A stretch of DNA of 64,000 bases from a bacterium (GTDB lineage: Bacteria; Hinthialibacterota; Hinthialibacteria; Hinthialibacterales; Hinthialibacteraceae): NCBI GenBank assembly GCA_963662285.2, contig CAXXMV010000002.1, positions 480,001 through 544,000 of the forward strand. Reading direction: 5' to 3'. A program made the position numbers and the translations under genes. Shown piece by piece: positions 39,466 to 52,721 of this stretch; the stretch's first letter is position 1, and every line of letters begins with the position of its first letter. The notes below the pieces were generated by a model that worked only from the letters and a program-made list of their open reading frames with translations, was not told the DNA's origin and made no database searches.

Positions 39466-39924
39466 TCACAAAAGTAGTAGTTCATGCAAAGCAAGTTCTT
39501 TAATGCGGTTGGCTAGCAGGGGGATTTCTTCTTCGACTTTTGGCGAAAATCCTTCACCCAATCCAAAATCCTCTCCGCATATAGCTGAGAGGAATGCTTT
39601 TGGTTGTTTACCATATAGGCTTTGTGATAATGATAGTAAAACTGAGGGATTTATATGATGGGTGAATGCGCTGGAAGTGATGGTCTCGGCTTCCAGTTCT
39701 CTTATGGAAGATGCGCCAGGTTCTCCGCCTTCCTCTGCATCAACGAATATAACAACTCTAGCCCGGCTTAATTCTTCCGCCAAATCGGGAGTTAATTGGT
39801 GATAGGCGTCGGCTTCAATATGGTCATTATACAGATTTTTTTCTATCCACTCCACAATTTCCCAACCGGCGCCATCATCTCTCCTTAGCGGATTGCCATA
39901 CCCTATAATCAAGACGTTCGGCAT
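39466..39924 (-). CDS. hoxW: Hydrogenase maturation protease
   Basis: GYGNPLRRDDGAG, HQLTP, FVDA and HH motifs; follows hoxH. Confidence 0.9.
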   Translation of the reverse strand: MPNVLIIGYGNPLRRDDGAGWEIVEWIEKNLYNDHIEADAYHQLTPDLAEELSRARVVIFVDAEEGGEPGASSIRELEAETITSSAFTHHINPSVLLSLSQSLYGKQPKAFLSAICGEDFGLGEGFSPKVEEEIPLLANRIKELALHELLLL

Positions 39925-41348
39925 TAGTCTCTTTGAACCTGATCGACAATAATTCCATCTCTATCAATCAGTTGAATCTGCATCTGCATTTTTCCAAGTG
40001 AATGAGTTGAACAGCTTAAGCATGGATCGAAGGCGCGAATCACTGCTTCAACGCGATTCAACATTCCTTCTTTAAGTTTATTGCCATCCACAAAGTGCTT
40101 GGCTACTTGCAGGACGCCGCGATTCATAGCCAGGTTATTGTGTCCGGTTGCTATAATCAGGTTGGCATGAGTCATTAAACCATCTTCGTTTACTTTGTAA
40201 TGATGAATCAATGTACCGCGCGGCGCTTCAGATATTCCGACGCCTTCCAAATTATTCGTCCCGGCGAATGCTCTGACGCGCTTGCTTAAGATATCAGGAT
40301 CTTCGAGCAGAATTTGTATTTTTTCCAAGGCGTAAAGAATCTCAATTAATCTCGCATAATGATAATGGAACGAACTAAGCACTACGCCGCGTCCTAAGGC
40401 GCGAAATTCAGCCCATTCCTGGTTGGCTAATGGAGTGCCGCAACTTTCGATTACATTAAGTCTGGCTAATGGTCCAACGCGATAGATTCCTTCTGGATAT
40501 CCGGTTGGTTTATAATAAGGGAATTTCAGGTATGTCCAGGGTTCAACCGCTTCGCCAATATAATCTGAATACTTACTGGCTTTTTTCATATCGGCAACAA
40601 TCCTACCCGATGCATCAACAAAGCGTAGTTTGCCATCGTAGTGCGCCAGTTCGTTTGCCGGATTGACTAATGCCATAAAGAGCGAAGGGAAATTAGCAAA
40701 AGTTCTGGTCTCTTCATGGTAATCATCCAGCGACCGCTTAAACCATTCCAGGGTTTTTTGTATAACGGTTAGCGCATCGGGAATTCCATCAAGAATATGG
40801 TCGCGTAATTCAACCGACAAAGGCTCGTTAACGCCTCCAGGAACCACCCAGGCGGGATGGATTCTTTTGCCGCCCAGCGACTGAATAATTTCTTGTCCGA
40901 ATTTTCTTAAATAAACGCCGTCTTTGGCGATTTCTGGAAATTTATTAAGCAGACCAATGACATTACGGTCTTTGGGATCAGCGTCCATTCCCAAGAGGAA
41001 ATCAGGTGACGACAGATGAAAGAAACTCAAAGCATGGGATTGTACGATCTGAGCGAGATTCATCACTCTTCGTAAATTGGCCGCCGTCTCTGGAATGGAG
41101 ACCGCTAATATTGCGTCGCACGCTTTGGCGGAAGCCATCAAATGACTTACCGGACAGATGCCGCATATTCGAGCCATCAAAGAAGGCATTTCTGCAAATG
41201 GACGCCCTTCGCAAAATTTCTCGAACCCACGAAACTGGGTTACATGAAACATGGCGTCATCAACATGTCCCTCGTCATTGAGATGAATGGTGATTTTGGC
41301 ATGTCCTTCAATGCGTGTTACGGGATCAATTACGAGTTGCTTCCCCAT
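39924..41348 (-). CDS. hoxH: Bidirectional NiFe hydrogenase large subunit (group 3d)
   Basis: TRIEGH, L1 RICGIC, EAPRGTL, L2 DPCLSCSTH plus a cleavable tail. Confidence 0.96.
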   Translation of the reverse strand: MGKQLVIDPVTRIEGHAKITIHLNDEGHVDDAMFHVTQFRGFEKFCEGRPFAEMPSLMARICGICPVSHLMASAKACDAILAVSIPETAANLRRVMNLAQIVQSHALSFFHLSSPDFLLGMDADPKDRNVIGLLNKFPEIAKDGVYLRKFGQEIIQSLGGKRIHPAWVVPGGVNEPLSVELRDHILDGIPDALTVIQKTLEWFKRSLDDYHEETRTFANFPSLFMALVNPANELAHYDGKLRFVDASGRIVADMKKASKYSDYIGEAVEPWTYLKFPYYKPTGYPEGIYRVGPLARLNVIESCGTPLANQEWAEFRALGRGVVLSSFHYHYARLIEILYALEKIQILLEDPDILSKRVRAFAGTNNLEGVGISEAPRGTLIHHYKVNEDGLMTHANLIIATGHNNLAMNRGVLQVAKHFVDGNKLKEGMLNRVEAVIRAFDPCLSCSTHSLGKMQMQIQLIDRDGIIVDQVQRD

Positions 41349-41359
41349 GCTCTCTTCTC

Positions 41360-41893
41360 CTAAAGGCCAAAGCGTGTTATATCGCTCAGGTCGGGAATTC
41401 GTCCTTCAATCAGTTCACATAAAGCGTGATATATAACATCCGCCGGCGGAGGGCATCCTGGTATGAATACATCCACCGGGACAATCTCACGTATTGGGCG
41501 GGCGCGAGGCAGCAATGCGGGAATCAAGGTATTGGGATGCATAGGATTTAGGTCGGCGTTCTCTTCATAGGCTCGTTCCATAATCGCTGGTACGCCGAAT
41601 TGATTCCGCATAGCCGGGACGTTAGCCGTAACAGCGCAGTCGCCCAATGCTACAAGAATTTTGCTCCTCTTGCGTAACTTTTGTATTTTTTTCAAATCAT
41701 CTTCATTACTGACCGCTCCTTCAACAAGGGCCAGATCAAGATTTTTGGGAATGGACTTAAAATCAACCAGTGGACCATAGAGAATATCAATATTTTCGGC
41801 CAAATCAATCAGGCGTTCATCTATATCCAGCAGCGACATGTGGCAGCCGGAGCAGCCATCCAGCCAAGTGGTTGCAACACGCAGTTTTGTCAT
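41360..41893 (-). CDS. hoxY: Bidirectional hydrogenase small subunit
   Basis: [16 protein letters not shown] and PGCPP motifs. Confidence 0.95.
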   Translation of the reverse strand: MTKLRVATTWLDGCSGCHMSLLDIDERLIDLAENIDILYGPLVDFKSIPKNLDLALVEGAVSNEDDLKKIQKLRKRSKILVALGDCAVTANVPAMRNQFGVPAIMERAYEENADLNPMHPNTLIPALLPRARPIREIVPVDVFIPGCPPPADVIYHALCELIEGRIPDLSDITRFGL

Positions 41894-42612
41894 TCCTTTT
41901 CCTCCCGCATGATCGTCAAATAGGGCAAAAATTCTTGCTGTTTGGCCATTTCAGACGCCGACTTTCCTTTTTCAACCAATGCGCCGGTCGGACAGACATG
42001 GACGCACTTCCCGCACCCGGTGCAGGTTTCTGACGTGCCCCAGGGCTGATTCAGGTCGCAAATAATTCTGGTATCAACGCCGCGTCCCATCACATCCCGC
42101 GTATGAGCGCCTTCAATCTCAGCGCATACTCTTACGCAACGGGTGCATAAAATGCATCGGTTATGGTCCATGATAAACCGGTCATGCGAGGCGTCCACTT
42201 CCAGATTGGGGAAACGGTATGGGACGTGAATATGGGTCATACCCAGTTTTTGGGTTAGAGACTGTAACTCGCAATGACCATTTGATACGCAAACCGAGCA
42301 GACATGATTCCGTTCTGAAAAAATCAATTCAAGAATAGTGCGTCGATAACGAGTCAGGCGATCTGATTTAGTAATTATCTGAACGCCTTCTTCTACTTTA
42401 GTGACGCATGCCGGATAAAGTTTAGGACGACCGGCAATCTCCACCATGCACAACCGACAGGCGCCGACTGGCGTTAATCCATCGACATGGCACAAAGTAG
42501 GGATAAAAATACCGTTTTCCTTCGCCACAGTGAGAATCGACTCGTCTTCACGAGCGCTCACATCACGGTCATCAATCCGGAATGTAAATATGCGAACCTT
42601 AGAGCTCATCAA
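41890..42612 (-). CDS. hoxU: Diaphorase Fe-S subunit
   Basis: IPTLC, GACRLC, HVCSVC, CILCTRC and [10 protein letters not shown] motifs. Confidence 0.95.
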   Translation of the reverse strand: MMSSKVRIFTFRIDDRDVSAREDESILTVAKENGIFIPTLCHVDGLTPVGACRLCMVEIAGRPKLYPACVTKVEEGVQIITKSDRLTRYRRTILELIFSERNHVCSVCVSNGHCELQSLTQKLGMTHIHVPYRFPNLEVDASHDRFIMDHNRCILCTRCVRVCAEIEGAHTRDVMGRGVDTRIICDLNQPWGTSETCTGCGKCVHVCPTGALVEKGKSASEMAKQQEFLPYLTIMREEKE

Positions 42613-42620
42613 TGGTCTCC

Positions 42621-44240
42621 TTAGGCTGTTTTAACCGCTTCGGCTACTTCAACCAATTTAGATTCATATTCCTTGCGGAAAAAGCGCAGCGTACTGATTA
42701 CTGGATTCGGCGCCGTCTGCCCTAATCCACAAAGACTTGTGTTTTTAACGACTTTGCATAATTCTTCTAATAATTCCAGGTCGTTGCGAGATGCCTTGCC
42801 TTGAGAAATCCGGTCAAGAAGGGTGTGCATCTGGTCAGTGCCCACACGGCAGGGGACGCATTTGCCGCACGATTCCGACATACAGAATTCCATGAAATAT
42901 TTAGCTACATCCAGCATGCTGGATGATTTATCCATGATAATCATACCGCCTGAACCCATTATCGATCCAAGTTTAGACAGCGAATCATAATCAACCGGCG
43001 TATCCAAATGTTCTTCAGGGATGCAGCCGCCAGACGGCCCCCCGGTCTGAACCGCCTTAAAGGGCTTATCACCGGGAATGCCTTCGCCAATTTCGAAAAT
43101 TATCTCTCTAAGCGACATGCCCATCGGCACTTCGATTAGGCCGGTATTATTAATACAGCCCGCCAGAGCAAAGACTTTAGTGCCCTTGCTTTTTTCAGAG
43201 CCGATTTCTGAAAACCACTCTGCGCCATTACGGATAATTGGAGCAATATTGGCGAATGTTTCGACATTATTAATTAAAGTTGGTTTGCCCCACACGCCTG
43301 ATTCAGCTGGATAAGGCGGCCTGGGTTTGGGTGAACCACGATGTCCTTCAATTGAGGCAATTAAAGCTGTCTCCTCACCACAAACAAACGCGCCTGCTCC
43401 CAAGCGAACGTCAATATGAAAGCCGAATGGCGTTCCCATAATGTTCTTGCCCAACAAAGCAAGCCGCTCAGCTTGCCTTATGGCTAAACGCAGTCGCTTG
43501 ATGGCGAGGGGGTATTCTGCGCGAATATAAATATATCCATGATCCGCACCCACCGCGTAAGCGGCCAGCGCCATTCCTTCTAAAACCCGGTGCGGATCGC
43601 TCTCGAGAATGCTTCGATCCATAAAAGCGCCCGGATCGCCTTCATCTGCATTACATACAATATATTTTTGGTTGCCGAATGCTTTTGATACGGTGCTCCA
43701 TTTCAATCCGGTGGGGTATCCGGCGCCTCCACGCCCACGAAGACCGCTGGCGAAGATTTCTTCGATCACCTCGCTGGGGCTCATATTAGTCAGCGCTTGT
43801 ATCAACGCATCATAACCGCCAACGGCAATCGCGTCTTCGATCTTTTCTGGATCTATCACGCCGCTATTTTCCAGAACGATCTTCTTCTGCTGTTGGAAGA
43901 AAGGAATCTTCATGGAGCATTTTAAGCGCTTGACTGGCTTGCCGCCTAAATTCTTCACAATATCTTCGGCGTCTTTTTCAGTTACGTTTTGATAAAGCGT
44001 CTTGCCTTCATCAACAGTCAATAAAGGCCCTTTCGAGCATAATCCCAAACATCCGACTCCTTTAACTTCACATGAATCTTGCAGTCCCTTATTTTTGACT
44101 TCTTCCGCTATAGAATTCAGAACTTTATCACTGTTAGCGGATAAGCAAGCGGCGGCGGTGCAAACGCAAATGTGATGTTCTTTCTCTTTATGCGCTTTTT
44201 GGTGTTCCTCGGCAATGCTCTGTATTTCTTCAGGATTCAT
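42621..44240 (-). CDS. hoxF: Diaphorase flavoprotein (NuoF-like)
   Basis: [28 protein letters not shown] and [10 protein letters not shown] motifs. Confidence 0.95.
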   Translation of the reverse strand: MNPEEIQSIAEEHQKAHKEKEHHICVCTAAACLSANSDKVLNSIAEEVKNKGLQDSCEVKGVGCLGLCSKGPLLTVDEGKTLYQNVTEKDAEDIVKNLGGKPVKRLKCSMKIPFFQQQKKIVLENSGVIDPEKIEDAIAVGGYDALIQALTNMSPSEVIEEIFASGLRGRGGAGYPTGLKWSTVSKAFGNQKYIVCNADEGDPGAFMDRSILESDPHRVLEGMALAAYAVGADHGYIYIRAEYPLAIKRLRLAIRQAERLALLGKNIMGTPFGFHIDVRLGAGAFVCGEETALIASIEGHRGSPKPRPPYPAESGVWGKPTLINNVETFANIAPIIRNGAEWFSEIGSEKSKGTKVFALAGCINNTGLIEVPMGMSLREIIFEIGEGIPGDKPFKAVQTGGPSGGCIPEEHLDTPVDYDSLSKLGSIMGSGGMIIMDKSSSMLDVAKYFMEFCMSESCGKCVPCRVGTDQMHTLLDRISQGKASRNDLELLEELCKVVKNTSLCGLGQTAPNPVISTLRFFRKEYESKLVEVAEAVKTA

Positions 44241-44736
44241 CGCTCTTCCACCTTTGAACTCGTTTAACTACTTCATCTGGTTTCAAATTGCCTATAACTT
44301 CACCATCAAACACGGCGACAGGAGCGAGTCCGCAAGCTCCGACGCAACGCGCAGTAATCAATGATACCTTGTTATCTGGAGTGGTCTCTCCAGGCTTTAA
44401 CTGAAACTTTTCTTCTATTGCATGCAAAATCTTGGGAACCCCTTTTATATAACAGGCGGTTCCGGTGCACAACACGCAAGTATGTTCGCCGGGTGGCTTC
44501 ATACTGAAATAATGATAAAAAGTAGCAACACCATAAACCTGAGATAGAGGAACTCGTAATGAAGCAGAGATAAACTCAAAGGCCTCTTCATCCAGATACC
44601 CAAACACCTCCTGTACTGTATGCAGCGTCTCGATAAGCGAGCTTGCTTTATGTCCGTGACGTCGCATTGCAGCGCCAACCATTTTCCAGCGCTTATCATC
44701 TGTTGGTGGAGAGGGTTTGGAAAAATTTGTATGCAT
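44230..44736 (-). CDS. hoxE: Diaphorase 2Fe-2S subunit (NuoE-like)
   Basis: GVATFY, CTGTAC and CVGACGLAP motifs. Confidence 0.95.
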   Translation of the reverse strand: MHTNFSKPSPPTDDKRWKMVGAAMRRHGHKASSLIETLHTVQEVFGYLDEEAFEFISASLRVPLSQVYGVATFYHYFSMKPPGEHTCVLCTGTACYIKGVPKILHAIEEKFQLKPGETTPDNKVSLITARCVGACGLAPVAVFDGEVIGNLKPDEVVKRVQRWKSDES

Positions 44737-45109
44737 AGTGTGCTCCTTCCAAATATATTGTTCACAAAAAACTACGTATTACGAGGGCAGACTAAATATT
44801 CAATATTAATAAAACTAGGTTCTTCAGAAAAAACATATTTTAATAGAGTATTTTACATAATTAATGATGTTCACGTTCGTGCTTAAAAAAATGCGGTAAA
44901 AAATAGCTTTTTCTAAAATCAGGCGCGATAATAAACAAAAGTAATTATTTTAGAAATCCGTTCTAGATCGATAAAATAATGATGATCAAGCACTGATAAC
45001 CCTATAATATTATTCTATTTGCTTCTAAAAAAATGCCAAACCCTATGGATAAATAAAATTAAATATAATTTAATCGATTTTCCTGGAGATATGATTAACC
45101 GGAATTTCT

Positions 45110-46219
<1,110 letters not shown>

Positions 46220-46285
46220 TTACCTTTCATCAAGGGGGTAATGGCCTAAAGTCTGGTTGAATTGAATTATGAATTTATTGAGGAT

Positions 46286-47671
46286 TTACAACAAGCCGTA
46301 TTTTTTGCCTTTTTCACGAATTGTCTTTCGACTGGCGCCGGATATCTGAGATGCTTTTGATATATTACCATCCACTTCTTCAAGAAGATCTGCTAAATAG
46401 CGTCGCTCGAAAGTTTCCACCGCCGCGTAAAAGGGCGTTCCCAGGCTGGCCTGGTTTTGGTTTAACAACGCTGGTTTTGGCTCTACATTGGTTGACGAGT
46501 GCCCGATCATCAGATCTCTTACTTCTACTGTATTTCCTTCCGCAAAAACCACAGCCCGGTCTACTACGGTTCTCAGTTCTCGAACGTTGCCCGGCCATGA
46601 ATGCATCATCATCGCATCAATAGCGCCTGAACTGAATGAACCGGGGATTTGGTCATAATGCACTGCGTTCAATTCTAAAAAATTCTGCGCCAGTATAGGA
46701 ATATCCTCCTTACGTTCACGCAAGGGAGGTATCTCGATCACAAAACCGGCAAGACGGTAATAAAGGTCTTCACGAAATTGTCCGGTATCAACCAGTTTTG
46801 ATAGATCGGCGTTAGATGCAGCTAAAACGCGAACATCAATCGAAACCATATTATTTTCTCCCAGGCGGCGGACTTTCTTTTCTTCAATTACCCGAAGCAG
46901 ACGAGACTGAAGGTAATGAGATGAATTACCAACCTCGTCTAAAAGCATTGTTCCACCATGGGCTGTTTCGATCATGCCAATACGGTCAGCGGTTGATCCG
47001 GTAAAAGAACCTTGTTTATGACCGAAGAGTTCACTCTCCAGTAAAGTATCTGAAAGCGCCCCGCAATCGATGGGGACAAAACGTTTGGCGGCGCGGGTAC
47101 TGGAAAAATGTATGGCATTAGCAACAAGTTCCTTGCCGACTCCGCTTTCTCCCTGAATCAATACAGAACTGTGCATCCGGGACATACGGGGTATTAGTTT
47201 GAATATACGCCGCATGGATGTGGATTTCCCGATTAAACCATGAAAAGTATGAGAGTTACGATCCCCATCACGTACAAGAACCCGTTGTCGAATGCGATCA
47301 ATATTAAAGATAATATCCTGTGGTTCCACAGGTTTGATCAGATAATTGAAGGCGCCGCATCGCATTGCTTCAACAGCGCTGTCAACTGTTCCATAGCCAG
47401 TGATAATCATCACTTCGGCGTCCGGTTGGATTGCTTTCGCTTCCCGAAGCAGGTGGACTCCATCCAAGCCGGGCATGGAAAGATCGGTTAGGATCAGATC
47501 ATATGATTGACGTTCTATCGTATCGAGGGCTTCCTCTCCATTATAAGCCACATCGACAGTGTTGCCCTCACCCACCAGCAAATCACTGAGAGTCGATACC
47601 ATATCCGGTTCGTCATCTACAACCAGAACCTTTAGAGCGATGTCATCCAGAACTTCCACCATGAAAACCAA
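46286..47671 (-). CDS. Sigma-54-dependent response regulator (NtrC family)
   Basis: Receiver domain, GESGVGKE, ESELFGH..GSFTGS, FREDLYYRL, WPGNVREL and an HTH. Confidence 0.93.
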   Translation of the reverse strand: MVFMVEVLDDIALKVLVVDDEPDMVSTLSDLLVGEGNTVDVAYNGEEALDTIERQSYDLILTDLSMPGLDGVHLLREAKAIQPDAEVMIITGYGTVDSAVEAMRCGAFNYLIKPVEPQDIIFNIDRIRQRVLVRDGDRNSHTFHGLIGKSTSMRRIFKLIPRMSRMHSSVLIQGESGVGKELVANAIHFSSTRAAKRFVPIDCGALSDTLLESELFGHKQGSFTGSTADRIGMIETAHGGTMLLDEVGNSSHYLQSRLLRVIEEKKVRRLGENNMVSIDVRVLAASNADLSKLVDTGQFREDLYYRLAGFVIEIPPLRERKEDIPILAQNFLELNAVHYDQIPGSFSSGAIDAMMMHSWPGNVRELRTVVDRAVVFAEGNTVEVRDLMIGHSSTNVEPKPALLNQNQASLGTPFYAAVETFERRYLADLLEEVDGNISKASQISGASRKTIREKGKKYGLL

Positions 47672-47775
47672 CCCATTATTACAAATGATATTATCAGATT
47701 TTCAAAATCCAAAATTCAGTGTGAGTTTCGTCTTGTATTAACTTTTTGCCTACTCATCATTCTTTCGTCCGTTTA

Positions 47776-48690
47776 TTAACTTACGGCTCGTTCTCTAATG
47801 GAATGATTTTTATTTTCTAAAACAGAACCCTTCTCTGGACAAGGTTTCAGAGAAGGAAGACACACGCAAAATTGACTCCCTTTACCCACCTGGCTTGTCA
47901 CGGTTATGTCTCCACCCATGTCTTGAGCCAGGCTGCGGGCGATAGTCAAACCCAAACCGGTTCCCTGATCGCTTTTCTTTGATGTATAAAATTGATCAAA
48001 AATCCTGTCAATAAAATTCTTCGGAATGCCGCAGCCAGTATCACTGATGCTTATTTTGATCCCTTTTCCGAAAGGTTCGATCTGTATAGTAATTACTCCA
48101 TCGTCATCAATACTCTGGATTGCATTCAAAATCAGGTTCAACAGACATTCCTGAAGAGAATGACAATCGACAAGAAAAAAGGGTATTGAACTATAGTTTC
48201 GCTCTAATCGTATAGAACGCCATTCTAATTCTTTAGAGAATAATGTGAGAAGATTATCCACTGCTTTATGGATATCCATCGCTTCTTTTTTCCCGCGTGG
48301 AACAGAGGAAAGGTTAAGCAAATTATCAATGAATTCTCTTGCTCGAATAACGCTGCGCGTAATTACTTCAAGATTCTTATTTATATGTTCATCATCTTGT
48401 TTCAGAGCGCGATCAATATTGAATGCGGCCGTGCGGATCATCCCCAAAAGGTTGCGCATTTCATGGGCGACGCTTGAAGAAAGCTGGCCAATAGCCGCCA
48501 TCTTCTCCATCTGGGTTAGATGCAGAGGCAGCGAATTAAGATTTATTGAATCGTTGTTCGCAACTGTTGATGTGTTATATTCTGGTAATTGATCCACTTT
48601 ATTGTTTATAAGAGCCTCTTTCTGAATCAATATATGGTAAAATGATATTGTTCTTATTGAAATGCCGGGGATACTGGCAAATCTCTTCAA
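47776..48690 (-). CDS. Cytoplasmic histidine kinase with no evident sensor domain (start uncertain)
   Basis: VAHEMRN, NLILNA, DTGCGI and GTGLGL motifs. Confidence 0.85.
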   Translation of the reverse strand: MKRFASIPGISIRTISFYHILIQKEALINNKVDQLPEYNTSTVANNDSINLNSLPLHLTQMEKMAAIGQLSSSVAHEMRNLLGMIRTAAFNIDRALKQDDEHINKNLEVITRSVIRAREFIDNLLNLSSVPRGKKEAMDIHKAVDNLLTLFSKELEWRSIRLERNYSSIPFFLVDCHSLQECLLNLILNAIQSIDDDGVITIQIEPFGKGIKISISDTGCGIPKNFIDRIFDQFYTSKKSDQGTGLGLTIARSLAQDMGGDITVTSQVGKGSQFCVCLPSLKPCPEKGSVLENKNHSIRERAVS

Positions 48691-49486
48691 AATGATAATG
48701 AAATATATGAACTTTACTATTCCGCAAGTTATATAAAAAACAAGTACTGTTAGAAAAAGGGGGATTTTTAATATTTTCCGTCGAATTTATAGCCGCAGAA
48801 AACTTTACATAATTTTGACATTGCAGTCAATATGCTATTTATCCATCCCCATTACCATACATTTGTACTTGCGTTACTTTAGTATATGAATTAATAAGTG
48901 TCAACAGTTTTCTTTTCAATGATTTACAGGCATTAACTTCATATAAATAATCAATACTGGAACAAGCGCTCCATCATAATGGAGCCTTATTGTTCTACAA
49001 TCGACGCAATACATTGTTTTATCAATACTTATATTCGGAACCATATGCCCATTATTTAATGATTGTAATTGCTGTGGGCTATTAAGACCGCTTAACAAGT
49101 ATAGTTAAAATAAAGATTTATCTTTATTGATGGAACGAGTGGGACAGGAACGGAATAAACAGACCACTTGGTGCGTCCAATAACGCAATATCATTTTATT
49201 GGATGTTTTGCTTCCGAAATGCCTTATTATTTTTATGTATTAAATATTTACATGGAATCTCTACGATATTTAGTATTTACATAAATTACAGATTTGTATC
49301 CATGTCTATAATACCGGAAAATATTGGGCTTTTACGTATGCTGAACAGGACGAAATTAGTAATATAGCCGTTATAATGTCTTTCAATTCATTTTGATGGA
49401 CAACCAAGACCATTACTAGAGCTGGTAATAAAATTATATTCGTAGGCTAAGAATGTATTTTTATGCGCCGCTCAAAAGGAGCTATT

Positions 49487-50089
49487 ATGAAACGCTGGAT
49501 GTGGATTCTCCTATTTATTTTAGGATTTTTTCTGTTGGTCGGTTTTTGGACAGTCTCTACTATCATCGGAACCTATAATAATTTGGTAACTTTGGATCAG
49601 GATGTTGATGCGACATGGTCACAGGTAGAGAACCAGTTTCAGCGCCGGGCTGACCTGATTCCTAACCTGGTTCAAACCGTCAAAGCTTATGCAGAAAAAG
49701 AGGAAGCGATATTTACTCAAATTGCCGATGCTCGTTCCAGGATCGGATCGGCGCAATCACGCGTTCAACGTGAACAGGCTGAAAGTGAAATGAGCGGTTT
49801 TCTGTCGCGTTTATTGATGATAACTGAAAACTATCCTCAACTTAAATCCAATCAGAACTTTCTGAGTCTGCAAGCTCAGTTGGAAGGGACAGAGAATCGT
49901 ATATCGACTGAACGCCAGCGCTATATCCAAGCCATCAAACAATACAACCTTGCGGTCAAGATATTCCCAGGACGCCTGATTGCCGGATTCTTAGGATATG
50001 AATCACGCGAGTTTTATGAAGCGTCGCCTGAAGCCCAAACAGTTCCCAAAGTTGATTTTGGAAACACGGATACAACTAAAAAGGAATAA
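49487..50089 (+). CDS. lemA: LemA family protein
   Basis: QRRADLIPNLV, ENYPQLKSN and EGTENRI motifs; AGGAG RBS before 49487. Confidence 0.95.
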   Translation: MKRWMWILLFILGFFLLVGFWTVSTIIGTYNNLVTLDQDVDATWSQVENQFQRRADLIPNLVQTVKAYAEKEEAIFTQIADARSRIGSAQSRVQREQAESEMSGFLSRLLMITENYPQLKSNQNFLSLQAQLEGTENRISTERQRYIQAIKQYNLAVKIFPGRLIAGFLGYESREFYEASPEAQTVPKVDFGNTDTTKKE

Positions 50090-50096
50090 ACATAGT

Positions 50097-50137
50097 TCGA
50101 GGGATTTGCATAAAGAATCATTATGCAAATCCCTCGA
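50097..50137. terminator. Hairpin between convergent lemA and cotH-like genes
   Basis: tcgagggatttgcataa...ttatgcaaatccctcga, a 17-bp perfect stem. Confidence 0.75.
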
Positions 50138-50195
50138 TAGCGGCTAACAAAAATTATTGGAACTTAAAAGTTTTAACGTATGTTATGTTGAGTAT

Positions 50196-52721
50196 CTAAT
50201 ACAACGACCAATTACTGACTGGCGTTTGCAATACAGTACTTAAATACTCCCGGCGCAAGCGTACGAATGTACGAAGAGTTTCGTAGGATTCATTAATCTG
50301 GCTTCGACGATCATCTCGCTCTCCACCCATTTGCTCTTCGAGCAGCAGCAAATCTGCCAGCAGAAATTGCTCAATCTCATCAATTTTGCTATACATCCGC
50401 TCTTCACTGAACGAATTATTGAATTCATGTGTTAAGCGATCAATATACTCCTGGTGTAAAACATTATTGTTGTGCAATCTACCTGTTACAGGACCAGTGG
50501 AGCGTGAGGCATGAGCGGCCTGTCCATTAAGCGGGAAATTAACCGGCATTTCTGCAAACATATGATTTGAATCAGTGTATCCCCATGTTTTATCTAAATC
50601 CCACGGAATTATCTCCCATTTTTGGGTATCGGGATCGAGGTACATCCAGTTATTGTTATGGAAACCATCCCAGTTGCTTGATAAAACTGAAGCTACGCTA
50701 TATGCCAAAAATTCATCGATCACTAAATTAGTGGTTAATGCTTCATAAAGTTCATCCTGATCTCTAGGTTTAAGCGCTATGGCCAATGCATCAATACTGT
50801 CAGTTCCATTTTCTAGATTGGTATGCGGTTCCCACAGCGGATTGACATAGTTTCGTTTAAATAAATCGGCATCGGGATTTCGGTCATTCATTTCCAAAAA
50901 GCGCTCGTTAATTTGTTGTATTAACAATTGCTGAGTTTGATATCCGTCGGTAATTACGCGGAACCAATCCGTGCGGGGAGACGGGATGCCGAATTCCCAG
51001 AAAAACCAAAATCCGAAATCTTCGCGATGCGGAGTGCTGGGTCCGGCAGTTGTGCTGCCAGATGGACTCTCTGGCAACATATTCAAAGTCCGGTCGCCAC
51101 GGAACTCTTCACCTTTCAGGAATTTAAGTTTATTTCCATTCCTGGAGGGATAGATCAGCGCCCCATCGAACACAAGAGGATGTTCTTCACCAACCGGCAA
51201 AATCACGGCGCCGCTTACATTGCGGCTCATTTCCGTCAATTTGGTTTGCCCCATGTTGTATGGCCAAAGAACCGGTAATAAAGATTGAATTTCTCCATCA
51301 TAAACAAAGTATGATTCGAAAGGTCTGAGAGTTGTTACATACGGTAAAGTCAATGGAGAACCATCATCCAGAGTGACGATAGCATTGAATCGAACCAGCG
51401 TTTGAGAATCCACAGGAGGAATTTGCGCCTCAAATGTAACAGTATCAATATCTTCCGCTAACCAGTTCATTACAATCCGGTTAAGTTTATCCTCCCCGCC
51501 GCTGGTTCTTTCACCTTCTAACAGATAAACGCCAGTACCATATGAACGGCTATCCAAGTCGCTGGTTAATCCGACTAAAGCTATTGTATTTTTGCCATTC
51601 TTCAGCAAACCGCTTGAATTATCAATTTGATACAATTCGGGTGTATTTAAGTCGTGACTTTTGGTTGCGATAGAATCGTGGGTCACTATTTCAGGAACAT
51701 TCTCACGGGCTACTTCAACGCCATTCAAGTAGCACACAAATCCTCCAGAAAAAAATACATACAAATAAGTGTTCGCTAATGTATCCGCATCTGGAATGGT
51801 AAACTCGCGGCGCAGGTAGACAGTTGAGTATTTACTCCTCATATCTATTAGTTGCGTAGATATCATATTGTTACCACCGTAACCATGCATTCCATTTCCC
51901 TGCTGCCAGGAAGAATCATCAAATTCAGGTTTTGTCCAATCTTTTCCTTCCGATGGTTCTTCTAAGCCTTTAGCATACCGGAACCTATCAAATCCAACTA
52001 CATACATCTCGGGTTGATTTGAGTTACCGCCAGTTCCCTGAACGGCTTCTTCCCACTGCAAGGTCACTGAATTAATGATGCTCGCTCCATCGAAATTCAA
52101 ACTAATTGTTACGTTATCCTTTGAAGTTGGATGTTCAGGAGTTATGTCGTGCGCAATGATCATAGGGCGGGGTTTGGCGTTGATTACTGAATTAACTGCT
52201 CCCGGAGTTCCATCACTCATCCATGAAGCCCGCCAACTATGATGGTCATCGGCAGGTAAATCCCATGAAATTCGTTCAAGAGTTGATCCATACCCATCAG
52301 AAGTTCTCGGCCAGGGTGGATTATCGTTATACTTAAGTTCCTCCACCACTGTTCCATCAGGTCGAACCAGGGTTAACCGTTCGCCGCTATTTGATAATAA
52401 ACCCTCATATGGTCCTAGAATGGATGAAGGGTTGCCTCGCCAGGTTCTTTGTTCAGGATCACGCGCCAAGATTAAATATTTCCCTGATTCCAAGACGGTC
52501 GCATCCGGGAAAGTAAAAGTAATGCCTTTGGTGAATTGATACCCCGATAGATCGATTGATTCCGGGCCGGGATTATACAATTCAACAAACTCGCGAAGAG
52601 AACCAGCCGTATATTGTACGTCAGTCGGGTTGTAACTAATTTCGTTAATCACTACATCCGCATATACAGCAAAGAAACTCACGCACATAAATAACGCCAG
52701 GCAAAAAAATCTTTTAATCAT
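50196..52721 (-). CDS. Secreted lamin-tail-domain / CotH kinase family protein
   Basis: Signal peptide from MIKRFF, VVINEISYNP...EFVELYN (LTD), NWDGFHNN and IPWDLD (CotH); ends TPVSNWSLY. Confidence 0.85.
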   Translation of the reverse strand: MIKRFFCLALFMCVSFFAVYADVVINEISYNPTDVQYTAGSLREFVELYNPGPESIDLSGYQFTKGITFTFPDATVLESGKYLILARDPEQRTWRGNPSSILGPYEGLLSNSGERLTLVRPDGTVVEELKYNDNPPWPRTSDGYGSTLERISWDLPADDHHSWRASWMSDGTPGAVNSVINAKPRPMIIAHDITPEHPTSKDNVTISLNFDGASIINSVTLQWEEAVQGTGGNSNQPEMYVVGFDRFRYAKGLEEPSEGKDWTKPEFDDSSWQQGNGMHGYGGNNMISTQLIDMRSKYSTVYLRREFTIPDADTLANTYLYVFFSGGFVCYLNGVEVARENVPEIVTHDSIATKSHDLNTPELYQIDNSSGLLKNGKNTIALVGLTSDLDSRSYGTGVYLLEGERTSGGEDKLNRIVMNWLAEDIDTVTFEAQIPPVDSQTLVRFNAIVTLDDGSPLTLPYVTTLRPFESYFVYDGEIQSLLPVLWPYNMGQTKLTEMSRNVSGAVILPVGEEHPLVFDGALIYPSRNGNKLKFLKGEEFRGDRTLNMLPESPSGSTTAGPSTPHREDFGFWFFWEFGIPSPRTDWFRVITDGYQTQQLLIQQINERFLEMNDRNPDADLFKRNYVNPLWEPHTNLENGTDSIDALAIALKPRDQDELYEALTTNLVIDEFLAYSVASVLSSNWDGFHNNNWMYLDPDTQKWEIIPWDLDKTWGYTDSNHMFAEMPVNFPLNGQAAHASRSTGPVTGRLHNNNVLHQEYIDRLTHEFNNSFSEERMYSKIDEIEQFLLADLLLLEEQMGGERDDRRSQINESYETLRTFVRLRREYLSTVLQTPVSNWSLY

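Noticed and set aside
44750-44880. Possible Rex operator upstream of hoxE
   Set aside because: Only a TTCACAA half-site is present, not a full TTGTGAA-N4-TTCACAA.
48916-49098. 60-aa ORF with CxxC in the long intergenic spacer
   Set aside because: TTG start, no clear RBS and no recognisable family.
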